DNA of 64,000 nt from a virus (lineage: Duplodnaviria; Caudoviricetes), in the IMG/VR virus record IMGVR_UViG_3300016471_001002, positions 64,001 through 128,000 of that record; one strand, given 5' to 3'. How positions within the stretch are numbered: position 1 is the stretch's first letter; every line of letters begins with the position of its first letter. This document shows positions 28,469 to 38,170 of this stretch, piece by piece. Under the pieces are notes generated by a model that saw only the letters and a program-made list of their open reading frames with translations, made no database searches and was not told the DNA's origin. A program made the translations under genes and the position numbers.

Positions 28469-29029
28469 ATGAAAAATAAATTAATCCAATTAATTACTTT
28501 ATTCTCGATGACGTTATCTTCTATCACTTTTGCAAGTGAACGAACGATTAGTCCAGAGCCAGACGACCTAGAAGGTCCTATTACAACGACCACAATATTC
28601 CCTCCTATACCAGAAATTCCTAAATCAGAGCCAGATGTTGGTGAAGCAATCTCTCCAATGAGAAAAGGACAAATTGCTCCATTCACTGGATTGTTGTTGT
28701 CTCCTGCTGCTGTAGCATCCGTCATGACTGATTTAGAAACTAAAGACGAATTGATAAGATTAGAAGTTGAACGTGCGACTTCTAGACTTAAATTAAATCA
28801 TGAACATGAAATGACTATTTTGAGAATTAGATCAGAGTCTGATTCTAAAATAGATAAATTACGAATTGAAGAACAAAGGAAAGACATCGATAGAATAGAT
28901 GCTCAATTAAAAAAAGAAAGAGAGAGCAGGCCTGATCCTTTAGTTTGGGCATCAATAGGGTTGGGAGCTGGTGTCGTTTTGTCAACGTTAACTGCTGCCA
29001 TAATTGCTGCTGTTTCTAACGTTAACTAA
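28469..29029 (+). CDS. Secreted/membrane protein (signal peptide, coiled coil, C-terminal TM)
   Basis: N-terminal signal ending ITFA-S; C-terminal VWASIGLGAGVVLSTLTAAII. Confidence 0.5.
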   Translation: MKNKLIQLITLFSMTLSSITFASERTISPEPDDLEGPITTTTIFPPIPEIPKSEPDVGEAISPMRKGQIAPFTGLLLSPAAVASVMTDLETKDELIRLEVERATSRLKLNHEHEMTILRIRSESDSKIDKLRIEEQRKDIDRIDAQLKKERESRPDPLVWASIGLGAGVVLSTLTAAIIAAVSNVN

Positions 29030-29060
29030 TAAATAAGCTTGTCAATCATAAAGGTGAATT

Positions 29061-29459
29061 ATGCCAAGAAAAGCGCAAGAAAACAAAAAAGTTATACCAA
29101 CAGAACAACCTGTCGAACAAGCAACAGAACAAGTAAAAAAAGTTGAAGAAGCTAAAGATCACAAACATTCTGAAGCAAAGCATGATAAAGATGTTAAACG
29201 CGGATCTAAAGTTCCATGGTGGTGGATGAGAAATGATAAAGGCACTCAATCTGTTTCGGTGACATTTGCTTCAATATCATTTTTAGTAACGACAGTAATT
29301 TATTTAGGATCAGCATTTGAGAAAATCGGCTCAGTTGCTTTACGCCCATTCGATGTGTCTGCAGCCATGGCGTATTTCATTCCAGCATTATCATTATACT
29401 TCGGTAGAAGGCTTACTGATGCAAAGTATAATGTTTCTCAAAAAAATGACATTGCTTAA
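29061..29459 (+). CDS. Two-TM membrane protein (holin-like)
   Basis: SVTFASISFLVTTVIYLGSAF and AAMAYFIPALSLYFGRR. Confidence 0.45.
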   Translation: MPRKAQENKKVIPTEQPVEQATEQVKKVEEAKDHKHSEAKHDKDVKRGSKVPWWWMRNDKGTQSVSVTFASISFLVTTVIYLGSAFEKIGSVALRPFDVSAAMAYFIPALSLYFGRRLTDAKYNVSQKNDIA

Positions 29460-29480
29460 TAATACTTATCGACATTCAAC

Positions 29481-30335
29481 ATGCGTCAAGTATTAATAAC
29501 AGAATCATCATTAAGAGAATTACTAAAAGAAATGATGGATTCAGAATCCCCAGTTAATGTAAATCCAGTCGTGGATCCTTCAGCTGCGGAAACAGATCCT
29601 TCAAATATAAATTTTTTGCCATCAAATAAGGCAGAACTTATGTCTGCTCTTAGGGTTTTAGTAAATTCAATCGATGATCAAATTGCAGCCGACATCTACG
29701 TCACTGTTCAAGACGCTATGAAAGAAAAGGAAGATGAAATGAAGAACTCAAATGTTGAAGAATCAATCCGCGCAATCGTTAGAAAAACATTATTAGAAGC
29801 ACAAACTAATCTTGAAGAGGCTCCTATGCCTCCTGTGAAAAAAATACCAGCAGGAGTTCATGGGTCAGAATACATGCAAAGATTTGAAAAAGCAAAGAGC
29901 GGACTACAAAAAACTCTTTCTACTTTGAGAGATGATGAAGAATTTGTTAGCTCAGATGAACCAGAAGAAGGTCGTTCTCGCAAAAACGTAATGATGTCTG
30001 ACGTCGGCGGAGCGTCTTTTAAGGAAATTGCGAAAGAATTAGGATTTGCAGCAGAATCTGGTGCAAAACAAGCTGTGGAAAAGGCTTTGGCAAAAGCTAA
30101 GTTTGTCATGAAAATGGACATGTTCCAACCAGATGAATTAGAGATTCTTGTCCTTCAAAACATGAATGACTATATTGATGTTTTGAAGAGCACAGGCGAA
30201 ATTGATGATTCAGAGGTCAAATTATTAAAAGACAACCCAGATATTGTAAGAGAACTTGACGGGTTTAGAGAATTTTTGGATAAGGCTCTTAAAAAAGCTC
30301 GTAAAGAAAAAGAATCAGAAGCTTCAGAAGAGTGA
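29481..30335 (+). CDS. Protein with 'SLRELLKEM' N-terminus and C-terminal HTH-like segment
   Basis: ASFKEIAKELGFAAESGAKQAVEKAL; ATACTTA at 29462-29468. Confidence 0.55.
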   Translation: MRQVLITESSLRELLKEMMDSESPVNVNPVVDPSAAETDPSNINFLPSNKAELMSALRVLVNSIDDQIAADIYVTVQDAMKEKEDEMKNSNVEESIRAIVRKTLLEAQTNLEEAPMPPVKKIPAGVHGSEYMQRFEKAKSGLQKTLSTLRDDEEFVSSDEPEEGRSRKNVMMSDVGGASFKEIAKELGFAAESGAKQAVEKALAKAKFVMKMDMFQPDELEILVLQNMNDYIDVLKSTGEIDDSEVKLLKDNPDIVRELDGFREFLDKALKKARKEKESEASEE

Positions 30336-30338
30336 AAC

Positions 30339-31097
30339 ATGAATCAAACAAAAGCCATAGTAGCCGCGATTCAATATGAACCTAAAATTTTGAAGGTTCA
30401 TGAAAATCTTGGTACAGCTGTACAGCTAGTCCATGAAGCGGCTGCTAAAGGTGCATGCGTAATCGTATTACCTGAATTATGCATAAGTGGTTACGTTTTA
30501 AGAAATGCTTCAGAAGCAATGGAATGTGCTCAACAACGAGATGGTTATCAAACGCAAGCGTTCAAAAATATCGCTGAAAATTATAATTGTCATATTGTTC
30601 TTGGGTATGTGGAATTAAAAGAAGGAAATTTATATAATTCTGCAGCAATAATTGGACCGACGGGACTAGTCGGAAATTCTCAAAAGCATAATTTATGGGG
30701 AAGTGATTATTTGTGGGCAACGCCAGCAGACTCAATGAGTCCCATTGCTATTACTCGAGCAGGAAGATTAGGCGCTCTTGTTTGTAGAGATGCAATGAAT
30801 AACTATAGAAATTCTTATAAGTTCCATAACGAAAATCATAGATTTTATAAGAAAGGATCTATCGATACTTTAGCGTTATTAACAAACTGGAGCGGGGACT
30901 ACGGATATCCCGATAACAATTGGGTTGATCTTGCTGAAGAAACTTGTTCGAATGTAATTGTTTCTAATAGAGTTGGAAAAGAAAGAGATTTGTTTTTCAA
31001 GGGCGGATCTTGCATAATCGATAAGAATCGTAAAGTTTGGTCAAATGGATCATCGTTTACGGAATCTGCCGTCGTTGGCGGAGTCGTTTTATTATGA
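30339..31097 (+). CDS. Carbon-nitrogen hydrolase (nitrilase family)
   Basis: LPELCISGY (Glu), QKHNLW (Lys), LVCRD (Cys), SNRVG. Confidence 0.88.
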   Translation: MNQTKAIVAAIQYEPKILKVHENLGTAVQLVHEAAAKGACVIVLPELCISGYVLRNASEAMECAQQRDGYQTQAFKNIAENYNCHIVLGYVELKEGNLYNSAAIIGPTGLVGNSQKHNLWGSDYLWATPADSMSPIAITRAGRLGALVCRDAMNNYRNSYKFHNENHRFYKKGSIDTLALLTNWSGDYGYPDNNWVDLAEETCSNVIVSNRVGKERDLFFKGGSCIIDKNRKVWSNGSSFTESAVVGGVVLL

Positions 31098-31465
31098 AAT
31101 TAGTCGATTTAAATAAAGAATTTATTGAAAGATCAATTAGACCAATAGTCTCAGGCATTCCTATAAAAGTTTCAAATCCAGATAAGCCTATTATTGCAAT
31201 AGAAAAATGGAAAGTTAACAAAGAACATAAGCTTAGCAAAAAATTTATGTTTGAATCTTATGATGACAGAAATCGATTTATTAAATCGATGCTTGAATAT
31301 GAAACTCAATTAGGCCATCATGGTTCTTTTGAAATTGATGAACTTGAAGTTAAAATATCTTTATTAACTAAAGACGTAGAAAAAGTAACAGAACTTGATA
31401 AAGAATACGCAAAATATGCCGATACAGTCAGAAGAGATTTAGTGTATAAATCTACTAATGATTGA
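31094..31465 (+). CDS. Pterin-4-alpha-carbinolamine dehydratase-like protein
   Basis: LSKKFMFESY..RFI..E...HH..F....V.I.L.T.D...VTELD...AK..D. Confidence 0.7.
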   Translation: MKLVDLNKEFIERSIRPIVSGIPIKVSNPDKPIIAIEKWKVNKEHKLSKKFMFESYDDRNRFIKSMLEYETQLGHHGSFEIDELEVKISLLTKDVEKVTELDKEYAKYADTVRRDLVYKSTND

Positions 31466-31832
31466 AGACGACAATAAATTAATGATGAGTCAGGAATTGT
31501 TAGGCATAATTCCTGATTTTGATGATCAGTTTCAACAAGATAAATTTTTTATTTCTTATAAGACATCAAAAGCTGATTTAGCTTTTGTTTTTCCTCTAAC
31601 TCAAATATCTGTAGGAGAAAATCTTTCTATTGAATGCATCGCAAATTTAGAGCATTCTTTAGAAATTATTAGAAATTATAATGAAATTTCAATTAAAGAA
31701 ATTAATTTAATTTATCAAGATTCAAGTTCTTCATTCGAAGGATCATTTAAAGTTACGACAGCTGCGTTAAAAATAGTTAATTTGAAAGATAAAACCTGCT
31801 TATTGTCTTTAAATTTAATGAAAAATTCTTAA
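31458..31832 (+). CDS. Hypothetical protein
   Basis: ORF track; coupled overlap. Confidence 0.5.
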   Translation: MIEDDNKLMMSQELLGIIPDFDDQFQQDKFFISYKTSKADLAFVFPLTQISVGENLSIECIANLEHSLEIIRNYNEISIKEINLIYQDSSSSFEGSFKVTTAALKIVNLKDKTCLLSLNLMKNS

Positions 31833-31878
31833 AGTAATCTTTTTTCTCGTGCTTCCTATTTATTAAAAGGAGTTAATC

Positions 31879-32058
31879 ATGTCGCAAGATAATGAAAATG
31901 ATGATGTTACATTTACGTTCGATAAATTCATGGATGATATTCTAATCAAAGAATCCAAACAACAGCCTGTTCTTGCTGAAGAAACTCCTTCTCGTGAATA
32001 CGTAAAGCGTTATATCGAAAAAGCAGCTAACCGCATTAAGTACGTAAAGGTGACATGA
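31879..32058 (+). CDS. Small hypothetical protein (59 aa, not in the ORF track)
   Basis: SD AAGGAG; MSQDNENDDVTFTFDKFMDDILIKE...; TGA overlaps the next ATG. Confidence 0.65.
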   Translation: MSQDNENDDVTFTFDKFMDDILIKESKQQPVLAEETPSREYVKRYIEKAANRIKYVKVT

Positions 32059-32555
32059 TGTTTAAGAGAGATGTAATCACTACTAAAGTTGATTTAAAAG
32101 ATTTTTTAAACAGCGTAATCAAAGAATCTCTTAATTCAAAGAAATCATTAATCAATGAGCAAGAAGAAGAAAAAGAAGCTTTAAAAACGGGCGATGTTTC
32201 TGTCGAAGAAGTCATTGATAAACTTAACACAATAAGATCTGGAAAATCATTTAAGAGTGAAGAAATAAAAGCAGCAATGCAAGCTTATCTAAATGATTTA
32301 GATGATGCAGAAAAAACAGCATTGTTTGCGTTTTTAAAGGGAATTGCGCAAGTCGTCACAGGCGAAGTTGAAGGCGAAAAAGCCACTGAACCCAGCGATT
32401 TTCCTGGAAATGTAAAAATGGAAAAGAAACCTACCTCACAAAAGGTTTCCGTTAAACCAGTCGTCATTAAAAAGCCAGAATCAGAAGGACCTTCAGGCAA
32501 AAAACCTAAAGAAGACACATCTCCTCCTGTTCCAATTGAGCCAAAGAAAAAGTAA
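32055..32555 (+). CDS. Hypothetical protein with 'LKDFLNSVIKESL..LINE' motif
   Basis: ORF track; motif family. Confidence 0.6.
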   Translation: MMFKRDVITTKVDLKDFLNSVIKESLNSKKSLINEQEEEKEALKTGDVSVEEVIDKLNTIRSGKSFKSEEIKAAMQAYLNDLDDAEKTALFAFLKGIAQVVTGEVEGEKATEPSDFPGNVKMEKKPTSQKVSVKPVVIKKPESEGPSGKKPKEDTSPPVPIEPKKK

Positions 32556-32580
32556 ATTTTAATGTTTTTGGTGTATATTC

Positions 32581-32772
32581 ATGTGTATGGATATACAAGA
32601 CGTTAAGTTCATTAAGCTTCCAAACGGAAACACTTTAGAAGTTTCAATCTTTCCTGGGTTTTTAGAAAAAGTTAAAGATCATTTTAATTTGACATCAGCT
32701 TCTGACGTTGATGATGATCACATCAGAATGTATATTTATGGTGCATTTAAAGGTGCACTAGATAGACAATGA
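32581..32772 (+). CDS. Small hypothetical protein
   Basis: ORF track. Confidence 0.5.
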   Translation: MCMDIQDVKFIKLPNGNTLEVSIFPGFLEKVKDHFNLTSASDVDDDHIRMYIYGAFKGALDRQ

Positions 32773-33071
32773 GGAAAGATGCCATGATAACTCCTGCTTT
32801 GTATGAATTTATAAAACTTACAATTCTCAATGAGAGTCGTGCCAAACAAGCATACTTGTCAGGAGGCAGAATTTCTGAATGGGGATCTGATGATCACATC
32901 AAAGATTTAGAAGAACAGATTGAAGAAATTTCTAGAAGAAAATCTAGAGAAAGCAAAGGTTCTGCTCGACGAGCTGAATGGGCAAAAGTTGAATCCAGGC
33001 TTAGAGCTGAATTAAAATCTGCAAAAAGAAAAGCTCAAGTAAAAGCGTTGAACGAAAAAGAAGAGGCTTGA
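32769..33071 (+). CDS. Basic coiled-coil hypothetical protein
   Basis: ORF track; WGSDDHIKDLE.. Confidence 0.55.
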   Translation: MRKDAMITPALYEFIKLTILNESRAKQAYLSGGRISEWGSDDHIKDLEEQIEEISRRKSRESKGSARRAEWAKVESRLRAELKSAKRKAQVKALNEKEEA

Positions 33072-33072
33072 C

Positions 33073-34275
33073 ATGGGAGGTGCCGTTGGACATCTGCAAC
33101 ATTTGTATGACAATCGTGATCTCACATTCAATGAGATTGAGGACATTCTCACGGCCGCTGCTTCAGGAAATCTAAAAAAAGTTTCAGAAAAGTTAGATGG
33201 TCTTAACCTCGTTTTTTCTTGGGACGTTTCTGGGGGCATCTTAAAGGTTGCCCGATCTGGGGGAGACATTAAACGTGGAGGAATGGATTCTGAATCTTTG
33301 GCTTCAAAGTTTGCCGGTAGAGGTAATTTGACAGACGCTTTTAATTCTGCTTTTAAAGTTTTGAATGGCGCGTTGTCGACGCTTCCAGACAGGGTCAAAG
33401 AGAAGGTGTTTGGACCCAACGCAAACCACTGGTATTCAATGGAGATCATTTACACGAAGAACCCAAACGTCGTCAACTATGATTCAAACAGTATAGTGTT
33501 TCACGGATGGCCGGTCTTCAAGGTCGAAGAAAACGGTGATGTTCAAATGACTGAAGATGATGCCGGTGGCGTTGACATTTTAACAAACAATATTGATAGG
33601 ATGCAAAAGGCTGTTTCTTCCAATGATTGGAAGGTAAGGGGCCCTGCCCTTGTGCGGATGAAAAAACTTTCCGATGGTTCGATACTGCAATCAACCTTGT
33701 TGAAGATCAAAGCAGCGTTGGACGCCGTTGGACTAGACGGTTCGGCAACCATGAGAGATTTTATTAAAGAAAACATTCAAGCAGATGCTGAATCGCTCGG
33801 ACTGCCATCCAACGTAGTCGACATGCTTGTGCAACGTTGTCTTGCAGAGCCTGGTTCTCCGACCCTGGTCCAAATCAGAAAAAATGCAGATAAATCAGAT
33901 CATGAAACCATCAACGATTTTGTAAAAGAATGTCCTACAAGGTTGAAGGACTATGTACGACCGGTCGAACTTGCAATCAATGATTTTGCGGTTGAATTGT
34001 TGAAAGGTCTCAAGTCTACTTTGATAGATGACACGGATGCAGAAGTGATGAGGCTCAGGTCAGAGGTAGAAAAAGCCGTCGCCATGATCCAGTCATCAGG
34101 AGATGAAAACGCTATGACTATTCTCAACAAGCAACTAGAGAAGCTTGGTTCGGTCAGCGATATAACATCCCCAGTTGAAGGAGTCGTGTTTATTTATAAG
34201 GGAAATGCTTATAAATTTACCGGAAGCTTTAGCGCAGCAAATCAAATCTTGGGAATATTTAGATATCGTAGGTAA
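33073..34275 (+). CDS. Putative ligase-fold covalent nucleotidyltransferase (RNA-ligase-like)
   Basis: SEKLDG (motif I KxDG), MEII, IVFH, EGVVF (motif IV), YKF (motif V). Confidence 0.55.
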   Translation: MGGAVGHLQHLYDNRDLTFNEIEDILTAAASGNLKKVSEKLDGLNLVFSWDVSGGILKVARSGGDIKRGGMDSESLASKFAGRGNLTDAFNSAFKVLNGALSTLPDRVKEKVFGPNANHWYSMEIIYTKNPNVVNYDSNSIVFHGWPVFKVEENGDVQMTEDDAGGVDILTNNIDRMQKAVSSNDWKVRGPALVRMKKLSDGSILQSTLLKIKAALDAVGLDGSATMRDFIKENIQADAESLGLPSNVVDMLVQRCLAEPGSPTLVQIRKNADKSDHETINDFVKECPTRLKDYVRPVELAINDFAVELLKGLKSTLIDDTDAEVMRLRSEVEKAVAMIQSSGDENAMTILNKQLEKLGSVSDITSPVEGVVFIYKGNAYKFTGSFSAANQILGIFRYRR

Positions 34276-34278
34276 AAA

Positions 34279-35265
34279 ATGGAAAATCTTCTAAAAAGAT
34301 ATATTAAAATCCTCATAGAGGCTCCTGGTGTGCTCATGGAAAAAGACTCTACAAAGAAAGTTACATCCAGCCCTTCGGCCGCTATAAAAAAAGTTTCAAA
34401 GGTCAGCTTTGATAATTTAAATCTTTGGCAAGATTTTCCTAGTAAAGTTCCTCTTGTTGGCCGGTCCGGCGTCGGCCCGGGAGAAGACAGGCTAGCTGAC
34501 ATATTTGGTGGAGAAGTTCAGGGGCAGAACGTGTCATTCGATTTAGAGTTTTCATCTGGACCCCTTGCGGGAGTCTGGGAGGTAAAAGCTCCAGACGCGG
34601 AAGGAAATATTCGACCTGGTACTGAAGGTACATCTGCCGTAGCACCACTTATGAAAATTTTAGTGACCGCGTGTGATGAGCTCTATGAGTTTGTAAATTT
34701 TCCTGGCGTCAAAGAGATAACCAAGAACAGCGAATCAAAAGGTCTTTATGATGAGATTGAATCATTCATAAACTTTAAGAAAGACGAAAAAGGAAAAACA
34801 AACTACGAGCTTATTCAAAGCGGAGAAATAAATTCTGAAAGATTCATTTCAGCGAAGAAAGCCGTAGAAGCAGCTTCTAAACTGATCAAAAAAACGCAAG
34901 GAAATCTTTTAACAATCGTTGTTAACAAAAAGAAGTATCAAGTTACTCCTACAAACATGTTAAAGATATCTAAGCTGCTTGGGATGGAACAAGATGAATC
35001 TTCTTCTAACTTGGGAGATATCTCCGCCATCGCTGAAGCGCTATCTGTTTTAAACAGTCCTGTTTTTGCTGATCCATCATTGTTAGATTCTAAATGGAAC
35101 GGAATAAGCCCAGATAACGTTTTTGATGTTACAGGAGTTATTCTTGTTAACGAAAAAGGATTTATGGTCCTTCGTTATCCTTATGGAGACAAGATTAAAA
35201 TCTCTAGAATATCACAAGGCAAGCCAAAATTTAAAGTTCCTCTAAGAGGATCTAAGAGGATCTAA
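34279..35265 (+). CDS. Possible PD-(D/E)xK nuclease-fold protein
   Basis: GPGEDRLA..SFDL..WEVKAPD; N-terminal 'LLKRYIKILIE'. Confidence 0.45.
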   Translation: MENLLKRYIKILIEAPGVLMEKDSTKKVTSSPSAAIKKVSKVSFDNLNLWQDFPSKVPLVGRSGVGPGEDRLADIFGGEVQGQNVSFDLEFSSGPLAGVWEVKAPDAEGNIRPGTEGTSAVAPLMKILVTACDELYEFVNFPGVKEITKNSESKGLYDEIESFINFKKDEKGKTNYELIQSGEINSERFISAKKAVEAASKLIKKTQGNLLTIVVNKKKYQVTPTNMLKISKLLGMEQDESSSNLGDISAIAEALSVLNSPVFADPSLLDSKWNGISPDNVFDVTGVILVNEKGFMVLRYPYGDKIKISRISQGKPKFKVPLRGSKRI

Positions 35266-35280
35266 GAGGATCTAAGAGGA
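35241..35280 (+). repeat. Perfect 10-bp tandem repeat, four copies
   Basis: (TCTAAGAGGA)x4. Confidence 0.97.
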
Positions 35281-35295
35281 AAAGCATAGCTAAAT

Positions 35296-36183
35296 TTAGT
35301 CTTTGATTGTATCAGCACAACATCTAAACCCTTGTTGGTAGAATGCATGACCTGGGCCATGGTTACGGGTCGCAGGACGACATCGAGTTCGAACAGGACC
35401 CCAATATCCTCCTTTGAGAATTGAAGGATACTTACCGGGCCTTGTTGCCACTGTCCATTCATCAACATTACCAATCATGTCATGGACCCCGAATGGACTC
35501 ATACACTGCGGGTCAGATCCTGATAGATGACCTTGCCATAATTTTTGTAGTTCCTCTCCACTGTCCCTTGTCCCCCTCGGAAACATGCGGCGGGTGTCGT
35601 ATTCGAACCACTGTCTGTCTATGTTACATTTTTGAGGATCTCTTATGTAACCATTCGGAAAGGGAAGCGCTTCTTCTCCTTCGCAAGCAAAAGTCCATTC
35701 ATCTTCTGTGCACAATCTTTTGCCTCTAGACTCGCATAACTTTTGTGATTCATCCCACGTTACCATGATCCAAGGTGCGGCTCCGCCTTTATTGGGCCAT
35801 TCGTATGGGTCGATGCAAAAGCTCATGTCTTTCTGTGGAAATTCATCTCTGCTCTTTTCCCACCTCTGTTGATCAAAAGCCGCGCACCGTTCAGGAAAGT
35901 TTCTTTCTATCCATCTGGTACAAGTAACTTTTTGTAGGGTTTCGATGGTGTTGAACGCGTATGGGTTTGGATTAGAGTTTACACGCATCTTGCCGTTGAC
36001 CTCTATCATGTCTCCACCCGGACAATTGATGGACCCCTTGGGGGATAGGCCCGGGTCATTTGCTACGATCCAGTATTTTTTGTCGATGAAGTCCCACTCG
36101 TTGGTTGGAGAACCGATATGTTGGCAATATTCATCACAAACTTGTAATGATAGAATTTGCGAAAAAATGATTTTAAAATTCAT
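35296..36183 (-). CDS. FGE-sulfatase (SUMF1/C-lectin fold) domain protein
   Basis: FCIDPYEWPN, LCESRGKRLCTEDEWTFACEG, FGVHDMIGNVDEW, KGGYW, GFRCC. Confidence 0.88.
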   Translation of the reverse strand: MNFKIIFSQILSLQVCDEYCQHIGSPTNEWDFIDKKYWIVANDPGLSPKGSINCPGGDMIEVNGKMRVNSNPNPYAFNTIETLQKVTCTRWIERNFPERCAAFDQQRWEKSRDEFPQKDMSFCIDPYEWPNKGGAAPWIMVTWDESQKLCESRGKRLCTEDEWTFACEGEEALPFPNGYIRDPQKCNIDRQWFEYDTRRMFPRGTRDSGEELQKLWQGHLSGSDPQCMSPFGVHDMIGNVDEWTVATRPGKYPSILKGGYWGPVRTRCRPATRNHGPGHAFYQQGFRCCADTIKD

Positions 36184-36203
36184 ATGATGATTTATGTAAT
36201 GAA

Positions 36204-36446
36204 TTATTCAAAAAATTCTATATGATCGACCATTGATTCTAGAATCCATCCTGCGTTTAAGCTTGTGTTGAATACGCATAACCAATTTTGATCGTTTAGC
36301 TTCGTTTTTTGTTTTATGATAATTGCAAGTTGACCTGGTTCAAGAACGTCAGTTCTATAGTAAGAATATCCTGGACCTGATCTTAACACAACAGGAAATT
36401 TTCTTCTATATCCTATTGTGACTAAGTCGCCTATTTGAAAACTCAC
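36204..36446 (-). CDS. Small SH3/KOW-like protein
   Basis: FQIGDLV start, GW near the C-terminus. Confidence 0.5.
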   Translation of the reverse strand: MSFQIGDLVTIGYRRKFPVVLRSGPGYSYYRTDVLEPGQLAIIIKQKTKLNDQNWLCVFNTSLNAGWILESMVDHIEFFE

Positions 36447-37006
36447 GTGATCAACTCATCGACGCATCCCCATTTAAGAGAATCTTTTGCGTCGAGATAC
36501 CAGTCTTGCTTTTTCTTGTAAACTTTTTCAAGTCTTTCTTTTGTGATCTTTGTGTTTTCAAGCGTCATGTCTTCGATTTTCTGTTGTAAACGCTTCGCTT
36601 CAATGACGTCCTCTTCCACTTCAGCGACTTTACCATGAGTACCCGTGCTAACTTGATGATACATCATTGTTCCATGTTTATGGATTTTTCTATGACGACC
36701 GTGAATTGCGATCATAAACCCGCATGACATAGCGCATCCAGTCACGATAGTGTCAACCGGTGTTCCTTTATCTTTCATAATAGAAAGCAATCCAAAGCAT
36801 TGATACACTGCACCGCCGTATGAATCAATATGAATTACGATTGGTTTAGGTTCGTATGATAAACCAAATAGAGGATAAAGCTTTTTCAGAAATTCGTCGT
36901 GTTCTCTAATATCGATGATCGCTTTTGATAAAGAATTCATTGATTCTTGATCGACTTGATGCGATAAAAACAAATTTCTGTGTGCTGGTCTTTCTAGTTC
37001 GGGCAT
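36443..37006 (-). CDS. clpP: ClpP-like protease
   Basis: IHIDSYGGAV, GCAMSCG (Ser), MMYHQ (His), DWYLDAKDSLKWGCVDEL. Confidence 0.85.
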   Translation of the reverse strand: MPELERPAHRNLFLSHQVDQESMNSLSKAIIDIREHDEFLKKLYPLFGLSYEPKPIVIHIDSYGGAVYQCFGLLSIMKDKGTPVDTIVTGCAMSCGFMIAIHGRHRKIHKHGTMMYHQVSTGTHGKVAEVEEDVIEAKRLQQKIEDMTLENTKITKERLEKVYKKKQDWYLDAKDSLKWGCVDELIT

Positions 37007-37043
37007 AATGTGTTAAACGTATATTATTAAAAAAAAATGTATA

Positions 37044-37292
37044 TTAAGTTATTTTCTTAAGGTAATTCACGTTAACCCATCCAACAATATTTTTTTCTGT
37101 GCAAACTTTTGCGCCTATTGTTCCCTTGTGTCCGTCTTTAGAGTTACAAAGTTCAATAACAATAGCTGTTTCTTTTTTGTTGAAAATACCGACTATGTTT
37201 GGCCAAAAAACTAAAACTGATTCATCGTAGTCATCCCATGTCTCCCAAAGAGTCAAAGAATCCATTAGGCCAATGTTATGTAACACGACCAA
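37044..37292 (-). CDS. Small SH3/KOW-like protein
   Basis: PGDLVVL upstream in frame; ETAIVI..GWV. Confidence 0.5.
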   Translation of the reverse strand: MVVLHNIGLMDSLTLWETWDDYDESVLVFWPNIVGIFNKKETAIVIELCNSKDGHKGTIGAKVCTEKNIVGWVNVNYLKKIT

Positions 37293-37539
37293 ATCTCCTG
37301 GACATGGAACTGCACATTTTTTTTGATAGAATTTTATTTTATTTAAATTCCTTATCTTGATCTAATCCATCCAATTCGACGATTAAATCTGTTAGTTGTT
37401 TTATTTCTTTAGAAAAATCTTTTCCAAGACTTCTAAGTTCTTGAATGAGTTCATTTAATTCCGTTATCTCTTGTAAAAGAGACTCGCGTTTGCTCGTCAT
37501 AACGTCACCTACGCTGATTGTAAGTATTACTGACGAACG

Positions 37540-37773
37540 TCAAAAACTAGAAATCCATATTCTCGGAACGTATCCTGTTAATCCAGAGTTCGTTAAAATT
37601 TTATACCAATTAATTTTTTGACCTTTTTCTTTGAAAAGCCCGATGACAATTGCTGTTTCTTTACAAGAGAACTCAGTATCCAAAATGAATAAATCATCAT
37701 CTGTTATTTTATAAAATTGCCTTTTACCAGAAAAAGTAGGCTTAACTAGTTGTCCTATAGAAAAAATGTTCAT
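37540..37773 (-). CDS. Small SH3/KOW-like protein
   Basis: FSIGQLV, ETAIVI, YKILT.SG..GY. Confidence 0.5.
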   Translation of the reverse strand: MNIFSIGQLVKPTFSGKRQFYKITDDDLFILDTEFSCKETAIVIGLFKEKGQKINWYKILTNSGLTGYVPRIWISSF

Positions 37774-37900
37774 TAAATGAATAAATTATTTAATGGAAGT
37801 TTTTTTATTTTTATTGAAAAACTTTTTAGAATTTTTAGGGAAGTTATTTTTGTCTCTTGGGGTTGTATCAAAGGCAATTTCTTTTCTTTACCTCGATTGA

Positions 37901-38170
37901 TCAAGGTTCATCACCTTTAACATTCTCATCATAAGAATCTAAATCGTTTAACTCAAGGTTTTCACGTTCATAAAGGGGTTTTTCACAAAGAAAATCTTCT
38001 TTTTGATCTTGCATTGCTTCTTGAAACTCTACGACATTAGCAGATTGTGATTCTTGGTGAATCATTGGTTCATCATATGATGAATTTTTTGTCAAAGGGT
38101 CATTTGGCAAAATGGAAGTGCAAAATGCAAAAATATACGTTGAATAACAAATAAATTTAATTGAGTTCAT
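37901..38170 (-). CDS. Hypothetical protein, possible lipoprotein
   Basis: Hydrophobic N-terminus ending FAFC; acidic tail. Confidence 0.45.
   Translation of the reverse strand: MNSIKFICYSTYIFAFCTSILPNDPLTKNSSYDEPMIHQESQSANVVEFQEAMQDQKEDFLCEKPLYERENLELNDLDSYDENVKGDEP

Noticed and set aside
35296-36183. Diversity-generating retroelement target (FGE/C-lectin fold)
   Set aside because: No second copy of the 3' region (template repeat) and no reverse transcriptase in this window; one elsewhere in the genome cannot be excluded.
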